Positions 58,007 to 64,000 of a stretch of DNA of 64,000 nt are shown one piece after another. The first letter of the stretch is position 1. Every line of letters starts with the position of its first letter. Under the pieces are notes generated by a model. The model had not been told where the DNA came from, made no database searches, and was given only the letters and a program-made list of their open reading frames with translations. Location of the stretch: NCBI GenBank assembly GCA_965232485.1, contig OZ246975.1, positions 831,049-895,048 of the forward strand. Reading direction: 5' to 3'. This DNA is from Rhodothermales bacterium. Lineage in GTDB: Bacteria > Bacteroidota > Rhodothermia > Rhodothermales > VXPQ01. The position numbers were made by a program, and so were the translations under genes.

Positions 58007-58927
58007 CTACCCCTGTAGCGTTTGCAAATATTCGCGGCTCTGCTCAATGGAAATCAGCGCATCCTCGTATTCGTACTCAATGATGTACTGTTCCACGCCA
58101 TGCGCTTCGGCGGCCTGCAAGATGGCCGGAAAATCAATCATCCCCTGCCCTATGGGCACATTCGTTTCCAGCGGCGCATGCCCGCTCAAATCGCCAAGTT
58201 CGGTGCCTTCCCGCATATCTTTCATATGATACAGCGGAAAGCGCCCCGGATATTTTTCGATCAGCGCAACCGGATCGGCCCCGGGCCACTTGACCCAGAA
58301 CACATCCATTTCCACGTCCACCACGCCCGGCTCGGTGCGCTCCATGAAACGGTCGAACAGCGTACCGCCTTCCTCCGCCGGGCGAAATTCGTAGCCGTGG
58401 CAGTGATACGCAAACCGCAAGCCTTCCGATTTGAGCGCTTCGCCCGCCGCCGTAAAATCGGCGATGGCGCGATCGATATGGTCCACGCTGAACTCGCCCT
58501 CGTGCGGAATCCACGCCACCGCAACCCAGGGAGAACCCAATGCATGCGCTTCCTGCGCCACCGCGCCGATATCGCCGGCCACCCGCTCGTACGGGGCATG
58601 CATGCTCCCGACGGCAAGGCCCGAATCGTCCAGCAACGCCCGGTAATCCGCTACGGGCATGTCGTGCAGGCTATAGGTCTCTACCCGGTCGAATCCCGCC
58701 TCGCGCACGGCCCGCAACGTACCGGAGAGATCGGCGTCCAGCTCGTTGCGCACGCTATATAACTGTACGCCGACGGGCGTACCGCTTTCGGCGGGGGCCG
58801 CCATGCCGGACTCGGAAGCCGGAGCAGCCTCTTCTCCCTGTCCGCCGCCGCAACCGGCGAGGGGGAGTACGGCCGGCGCAGTCATCATGGAGCCTATGCG
58901 GGCCAGGAATTTTCTTCGGGAAGTCAT
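58007..58927 (-). CDS. xylose-isomerase-like TIM-barrel protein (sugar phosphate isomerase/epimerase family) with Tat-lipoprotein signal
   Basis: 306-aa ORF. The N-terminus is MTSRRKFLARIGSMMTAPAVLPLAGC (twin-arginine motif plus lipobox). The body is a TIM barrel of the AP-endonuclease-2/xylose-isomerase-like superfamily. Confidence 0.8.
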   Translation of the reverse strand: MTSRRKFLARIGSMMTAPAVLPLAGCGGGQGEEAAPASESGMAAPAESGTPVGVQLYSVRNELDADLSGTLRAVREAGFDRVETYSLHDMPVADYRALLDDSGLAVGSMHAPYERVAGDIGAVAQEAHALGSPWVAVAWIPHEGEFSVDHIDRAIADFTAAGEALKSEGLRFAYHCHGYEFRPAEEGGTLFDRFMERTEPGVVDVEMDVFWVKWPGADPVALIEKYPGRFPLYHMKDMREGTELGDLSGHAPLETNVPIGQGMIDFPAILQAAEAHGVEQYIIEYEYEDALISIEQSREYLQTLQG

Positions 58928-58951
58928 GGCGAAAGAATGGTTGAGGGAATG

Positions 58952-59824
58952 TTACACGTCGCAAAGCGCGACTGCTTCGCGTAAACTGACGAGCGGCGTA
59001 CGAGAGGGAATGAATTCCTGACCGACATAGCCATCGTATCCCGTATCGCGAATCGCGCGCATAATAGCCGGATAGTTCAATTCCTGGGTTTCGTCGATTT
59101 CGTTTCGCCCGGGATTGCCTCCGGTATGGTAATGTCCGATGTACTCGTGATTGTCGCGGATGGTCCGAATGACGTCCCCTTCCATGATCTGCATGTGGTA
59201 GATATCGTACAGCAGTTTGAAGCGTTCGGAGCCCACCCGCTTCGTCAGTTCGACGCCCCATTCCGTCCGATCGCACATGTAATCCGGATGATCCACCTTG
59301 CTGTTGAGCAACTCCATGCAGATCGTCACGCCGTGACGCTCCGCGTCGCCCACGATCTGCTGAATGCCCTGAACGCAGTTTTCCAGCCCCGTTTCGTCGT
59401 CCATGCCCCGTCGATTCCCCGAAAAACAGATGATATTCGGAAAACCGGCGGCGGCCACCTGGGGGATCAGCTCCTTGAACTCATTTATGAATTTTTCGTG
59501 AAATTCCGTGCGGTTGAATCCGTCCGGGATCGACGATGGACCGAACGCCATCGCACAGGTGAGTCCGTATTCCCCAACGACGGCGAATTCTTCCGGGTTC
59601 AGCAACTCCACGGAATGCATGCCAATGGCCTGGGCGCCCGCGCACAATTCCTCCAGCGTAAGGCCGGAATAGCACCATCGGCAGGCCGAATGCTTGAGGC
59701 CCGCGCGACGCGTGGCGCCAGCGAGGCGAGATGGGCCGTTCGAGGCTCCGAGCACGGCGGGGGCGGCCAGCGCAGAGCCTGCGGCCGCGGCGGCGCCCTG
59801 TCTGAGAAATGTTCTTCGCTTCAT
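58952..59824 (-). CDS. hydroxypyruvate-isomerase-like TIM-barrel protein with Tat signal
   Basis: Track ORF 58952..59899, with the start at MKRRTFLRQGAAAAAGSALAAPAVLGA (Tat motif). Hyi-family features are LKHSACRWCY..., LLNSKVDHPDY and ...HYHTGGNPGRNE. Confidence 0.8.
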   Translation of the reverse strand: MKRRTFLRQGAAAAAGSALAAPAVLGASNGPSRLAGATRRAGLKHSACRWCYSGLTLEELCAGAQAIGMHSVELLNPEEFAVVGEYGLTCAMAFGPSSIPDGFNRTEFHEKFINEFKELIPQVAAAGFPNIICFSGNRRGMDDETGLENCVQGIQQIVGDAERHGVTICMELLNSKVDHPDYMCDRTEWGVELTKRVGSERFKLLYDIYHMQIMEGDVIRTIRDNHEYIGHYHTGGNPGRNEIDETQELNYPAIMRAIRDTGYDGYVGQEFIPSRTPLVSLREAVALCDV

Positions 59825-59828
59825 GTGT

Positions 59829-61802
59829 TTATCGGTTCTGGCGACTGGCGACCAATTCCTCGACCACGCCCGGATCGGCAAGCGTAGACGTATCGCCAAG
59901 GTTCTGATATTCGTTGGCTGCTATTTTACGAAGAATTCGGCGCATAATCTTGCCGGAGCGCGTTTTTGGCAGCGCAGGCGCAAACTGAATGCAATCCGGC
60001 CGGGCGATCGGGCCGATTTCCTTGCGCACATGCTGCGCGAGTTCGGCGCGCAAGGCCTCGGTCGGCGAAACGCCTGCCGCGAGCGTAACGAATCCGTAGA
60101 CGCCCTGCCCCTTGATCTCGTGCGGAAATCCGACGACAGCGGCTTCCGCCACCTGACTGTGCGACACAAGCGCACTTTCGATCTCCGCTGTCCCCATCCG
60201 ATGCCCCGACACGTTGAGCACATCGTCCACGCGCCCCGTAATCCAGTAATAGCCGTCCTCGTCGCGGCGACATCCGTCCCCCGTAAAATATTTTCCCTCG
60301 AACCGGCTGAAATATGTCTGGACGAACCGGTCGTGATTCCGGTAGACCGTGCGCATCTGGCCCGGCCACGAATCCCCGATGACCAGCAAACCGGCCCCCG
60401 GACCTTCCAGCGGCGTACCTTCCGGATCCAGTAATTCGGGACGGACGCCGAAAAAAGGAAGCGTAGCCGAACCGGGTTTCTGGTCGATGGCGCCCGGCAA
60501 CGGCGCAATCATGACGCCCCCGGTCTCGGTTTGCCACCAGGTATCGACCACCGGACAACGTCCCTGCCCCACCGTATCGCGGTACCATTTCCATGCTTCC
60601 GGATTAATGGGTTCGCCTACGGTGCCGAGCACCCGAAGCGAACGCCGGTTTGTGCGCGTAACGTATTCGTCGCCTTCGCGCATGAGCGCGCGAATGGCCG
60701 TCGGAGCCGTGTAGAAAATGGTGACGCCATGCCGGTCCACCACGTCCCAGAACCGCGACGGATCGGGCCAGGTCGGCGTACCCTCGAAGAATACCTGGGA
60801 GACAGCGTTCAGAAGCGGGGCGTACACCATATAGGAATGCCCCGTAATCCACCCCACGTCCGCCGTGCACCAGAATATATCGTCCTCGCGGCAATCGAAC
60901 ACGTACTGGTGCGTAAGCGAGGCGTACACCAGATAGCCTCCCGTGGTATGCAAAACGCCTTTCGGCTTGCCGGTGGAACCCGACGTATACAGAATGAACA
61001 GCGGATCCTCTGCATCCATTTCTTCCGGATCGCACCGGGCGTCCACCTCCTTGCGCGCCTCGTGGTGCCAATGGTCGCGCCCTTCCGCCATCGAAACCCC
61101 CGAGCCGGTCCGCTGCACCACAATTACCGACGCCACATCCGGACACCGCGCAAGCGCCTTGTCGACATTCTGCTTGAGCGGCACTTTCTTGCCGCCGCGC
61201 ACCCCTTCGTCGGCAGTCACAAGCACTTTCGAATCGCAATCAAGAATGCGGTCCGCGAGAGAGTCCGGGGAAAATCCGGCAAACACCACGGAATGCACCG
61301 CGCCGATCCGGGCGCACGCCAGCATCGCATAGGCCGCCTCCGGGATCATGGGCAGATAAATCGTCACGCGGTCTCCCTTCCGCACCCCGACGCGCTTGAG
61401 CACATTGGCGAACACGCACACCTCATGGTGCAATTCGCGCCAGGAAATAGCCCGAGGGGCGGCGTCCGGATCGTCCGGCTCGAACATAAGCGCCGTGCGA
61501 TCTCCATGCTCGGCCAGATGCCGGTCCACGCAATTGTAGCAGGCGTTCAACGCGCCGCCCTCGTACCAGCGAATGTACAGATCGTCGCTTGCCCAGGATA
61601 CGTTCCGGACGGTGCGGAAGGGACGAAACCAGTCAATGCGCGCAGCCTGTTCCTTCCAGAATCCTTCCGGGTCGGCTATAGAGCGGCGATACAGCGCGTC
61701 GTATTCCTCGCGAGAAGAAATCCACGCCTTTTTCCTGAAGTCGGCGGGCGGCGGGTATGCGTCGGCCTGGCCAGAATATGCAGCGGTTACCTGATCGCTC
61801 AT
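59829..61802 (-). CDS. acs: acetyl-CoA synthetase
   Basis: Track ORF 59829..61829, with the likely start at MSDQVTAAY (61802). Motifs: [40 protein letters not shown], and [12 protein letters not shown]. Confidence 0.96.
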   Translation of the reverse strand: MSDQVTAAYSGQADAYPPPADFRKKAWISSREEYDALYRRSIADPEGFWKEQAARIDWFRPFRTVRNVSWASDDLYIRWYEGGALNACYNCVDRHLAEHGDRTALMFEPDDPDAAPRAISWRELHHEVCVFANVLKRVGVRKGDRVTIYLPMIPEAAYAMLACARIGAVHSVVFAGFSPDSLADRILDCDSKVLVTADEGVRGGKKVPLKQNVDKALARCPDVASVIVVQRTGSGVSMAEGRDHWHHEARKEVDARCDPEEMDAEDPLFILYTSGSTGKPKGVLHTTGGYLVYASLTHQYVFDCREDDIFWCTADVGWITGHSYMVYAPLLNAVSQVFFEGTPTWPDPSRFWDVVDRHGVTIFYTAPTAIRALMREGDEYVTRTNRRSLRVLGTVGEPINPEAWKWYRDTVGQGRCPVVDTWWQTETGGVMIAPLPGAIDQKPGSATLPFFGVRPELLDPEGTPLEGPGAGLLVIGDSWPGQMRTVYRNHDRFVQTYFSRFEGKYFTGDGCRRDEDGYYWITGRVDDVLNVSGHRMGTAEIESALVSHSQVAEAAVVGFPHEIKGQGVYGFVTLAAGVSPTEALRAELAQHVRKEIGPIARPDCIQFAPALPKTRSGKIMRRILRKIAANEYQNLGDTSTLADPGVVEELVASRQNR

Positions 61803-61849
61803 AGATCGTTCATCCGGTTTGTCGTACAACGCTGTAACGTACTATACAA

Positions 61850-62070
61850 GGATACTCTGATCAAGTCCGCAAAGTTTATGAGGTTGCGTGAAGCAGGTTC
61901 GATCAGGGCGTCCCTAAGATACAGGTTTCCTGCAAATAGCGACTTCCGCGCGTTCGCCCTGGGGCGACGACAAGAAGCCGACGCGTTTTTCGCTGGTTTC
62001 AACGATGCAAGTATGACGTCCCGCGCGCGAACGCGACGCGCTGATCGAAGCGGAATTGATCAGCGCGTCC
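61850..62070 (+). repeat. intergenic inverted-repeat element, mosaic copy C, 221 bp
   Basis: The termini are GGATACTCTGATCAAGTCCGC and GCGGAATTGATCAGCGCGTCC (17/21). The core is CGCGTTTTTCGCTGGTTTCAAC (61982-62003). There is an extra internal terminus-like GCAGGTTCGATCAGGGCGTCC (61894-61914) and a perfect 12-bp hairpin at 62035-62069. It abuts the pabBC stop codon. Confidence 0.8.
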
Positions 62071-63948
62071 TTAAATCCGGGCGGCTGCTTCGTCCAGGCG
62101 AGCCGGGACGCATCCCGCTACGGCGTTGCACGCATAAATCGCGTCGGCCGCGCGCAAATCCTCCGGAAACAGCGCGCCTTCTTCCAGATCGTCCCGCGTA
62201 TCCAGCAAGAAACGACGGTATACCCCGGGCAGCGCGCCGGAATCCACGGGAGGGGTTATCCGTCGGGACCCGAATCGCGCAACGATATTCGTGCGCGACC
62301 CCTCGGCGACTTCTCCGCGCTCGTTCAGGAAAATCACCTCGTCGAAACCTTCCTGCGCGGCCTTGCGGCGCAAATGGTCGTAGCTTTCCCGACAAGTCGT
62401 TTTGTGGCGGCGAAGCGGATCGGCGGAATCGATGCGGGCTGCGGCCAGGCTTAGGCGCCATATCCGGGGCGCGCGCATGGCGGGCAAGGGATATACGGAG
62501 ACGTCAAGCCGCCCCGAAGAGTCCAGCGTAGCGCGAATCTTGCGCGGCTCCGACCCGCAAGCAACCTCTCCCACGCGACTGCGAAAGGCCTGCTCGTCCC
62601 AGGCGTACCCCAGCGCCCGGGCGGACCTGCGCAGGCGGGCGATATGCCGCTCGAGCAACGCAACGCCGCCCGCTTCGCACCGCATGGTTTCGATGAGCAA
62701 CGGCGCAGGGGCGTCCCCTTCCAGGCCCCGTTCCCGCAATAGCGCCGGAGGCGGCGAAACAGCATCCATGCCGGACGGCGGCGCGCCCGCGCGGTTCGGT
62801 CCAGTCAAAAATCCAGCCTTGAGCAAGCATTCCTCGTATTCTTTTTCCGGAACCGAATCCCACACCACGCCGCTGCCCACGCCGAGGCGAGCCTCCCCGG
62901 AACGCATCTCAATCGTCCGGATCGCCACATTAAACACCGCGCGGTCTCCGTGCATATAGCCCGCCGCGCCGCAATACGCGCCGCGCGGCGCCGATTCGCA
63001 GCGACGGATAATGTCCATGGCGCGAATCTTGGGCGCGCCCGTGACGGAGCCGCACGGAAACAAGGCCGCAAACACATCCGGCGTGGACGCGCCCGGAGAC
63101 AAGCGACCGCGCACGGACGTCGTCATCTGAATCAGGGTTTCGTAGCGTTCGGTCCTGCACACATGCTCCGTACGCACCGACCCCGGCTCGCAGCATCTGG
63201 ACAAATCGTTGCGGAGCAAATCGACGATCATGATGTTCTCGGCCCGACTTTTCTCATCCCCGGCCAGCCATTCCGCAAGCGCCTCGTCTTCCGAAGCGTC
63301 GCGCCCCCTTGGCGCCGTGCCTTTCATAGGGCGAGCGACGAGGCGGTCCCCCCGGCGATCGAAAAACAATTCCGGCGAGCAACTGAGTATCTGCGCGGAA
63401 CCAATGTCCATCCAGGCGGCGTAGGGCACCGGCTGACGCTGCAGCAGCGCCTCGAACAAGGGCCATGGCGCCCGGCGCGGAGTAAACGACACGGGACCGG
63501 TAAGATTGACTTGATAGACATCGCCCTCCCGAATATGCGCGCGCACGGTCTCGACAAGCATCCGGTAGCGCGCCGGGCCGCAGGCGAACCGCGCGGAACC
63601 CGGAGCCGGCAGCGCGGACAGATCGGGCGAGGCGCGAGCGGAGGTCCATGCCTCGCGGTCGGAAAAGGCGGCCATCCAGAGCAGGGGCGTTCGAGCAGGC
63701 TTGCAACGCATGGCCCCATCGAAAGCAGGCGCCGCCTCGTACGCCACGAAACCCGCCACATGCAGCCCCTCCTCCGCCGCCCGACAGGCTTCCTCCAGCG
63801 CGGGTCGCACCTCGTGGAGCGCATGGGCCGCATAAATTTTTCGCAGCCCCCGCAAGACAGCCCCGCCGCACCCGTTCCAGCCGGGTCCCAGCACAACCTG
63901 TCCCGGCGCCTCCGGGGCGCATGAATGCAATGACTTCACGCTGCGCAC
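62071..63948 (-). CDS. pabB: aminodeoxychorismate synthase component I fused to aminodeoxychorismate lyase (PabB-PabC)
   Basis: 625-aa ORF. The N-terminal roughly 400 aa are a chorismate-binding domain (GDVYQVNL, MKGTAPRG, ENIMIVDLLRND, GSVTGAPKIRAM, RGAYCGAAGY). The C-terminal roughly 200 aa are a class IV aminotransferase/ADC-lyase fold with RRHKTTCR and EGSRTN. Confidence 0.88.
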   Translation of the reverse strand: MRSVKSLHSCAPEAPGQVVLGPGWNGCGGAVLRGLRKIYAAHALHEVRPALEEACRAAEEGLHVAGFVAYEAAPAFDGAMRCKPARTPLLWMAAFSDREAWTSARASPDLSALPAPGSARFACGPARYRMLVETVRAHIREGDVYQVNLTGPVSFTPRRAPWPLFEALLQRQPVPYAAWMDIGSAQILSCSPELFFDRRGDRLVARPMKGTAPRGRDASEDEALAEWLAGDEKSRAENIMIVDLLRNDLSRCCEPGSVRTEHVCRTERYETLIQMTTSVRGRLSPGASTPDVFAALFPCGSVTGAPKIRAMDIIRRCESAPRGAYCGAAGYMHGDRAVFNVAIRTIEMRSGEARLGVGSGVVWDSVPEKEYEECLLKAGFLTGPNRAGAPPSGMDAVSPPPALLRERGLEGDAPAPLLIETMRCEAGGVALLERHIARLRRSARALGYAWDEQAFRSRVGEVACGSEPRKIRATLDSSGRLDVSVYPLPAMRAPRIWRLSLAAARIDSADPLRRHKTTCRESYDHLRRKAAQEGFDEVIFLNERGEVAEGSRTNIVARFGSRRITPPVDSGALPGVYRRFLLDTRDDLEEGALFPEDLRAADAIYACNAVAGCVPARLDEAAARI

Positions 63949-64000
63949 GACGCTTTTGCAAAAGAGGCTTGCAACATATCTGCGACGCCCCGAATCCGCA

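Overview
This is a GC-rich (roughly 60-65 % by eye) bacterial chromosomal segment made almost entirely of core genes. DUF4837, DUF4296 and DUF4293 proteins and a CarboxypepD_reg-type TonB receptor suggest a high-GC Bacteroidota/Rhodothermota-like organism; that assignment is inference only.

Gene content, left to right:
- a minus-strand beta-oxidation operon (fadD, bifunctional HCDH/ECH, thiolase, FadE-type dehydrogenase running off the left edge)
- the classical tRNA(Thr-Tyr-Gly-Thr)-tRNA(Trp)-secE-nusG-rplKAJL-rpoBC block, all minus strand and lacking the usual tuf gene
- dedA, ispF, ispD, queA
- a lipoprotein plus TonB-dependent receptor pair
- tkt, a VKOR-DsbA fusion, mscS
- a nine-gene trp operon (trpE, unknown gene, trpS, trpG, trpD, trpC, trpF, trpB, trpA)
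- DUF4837, hisG, DUF4296, recQ, a GT2 glycosyltransferase, an EamA transporter, DUF4293
- an exbB / small-TM / exbD / exbD operon
- an S41 peptidase, polX, a penicillin-acylase homologue, a BadF-type kinase
- an acs ... DUF4212-actP operon and a pabB-pabC fusion

I found no CRISPR array, prophage, transposase, recognisable defence system or obvious foreign island.

The one clearly unexplained structure is a dense family of MITE/Correia/REP-like intergenic inverted-repeat elements. It has five to seven copies or fragments in 64 kb and 21-bp termini of consensus GGAYRCKCTGATYAAGTCCGC. Its 22-nt core is enclosed by a stem that covaries between copies. Copies sit exactly at gene ends, several times abutting or supplying the stop codon.

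Other second-look items are the trpS and unknown gene embedded in the trp operon, the missing tuf, and two Tat-signal TIM-barrel enzymes inside the acetate operon. Most long ORFs in the track that lie antisense to these genes are GC-driven shadow ORFs.
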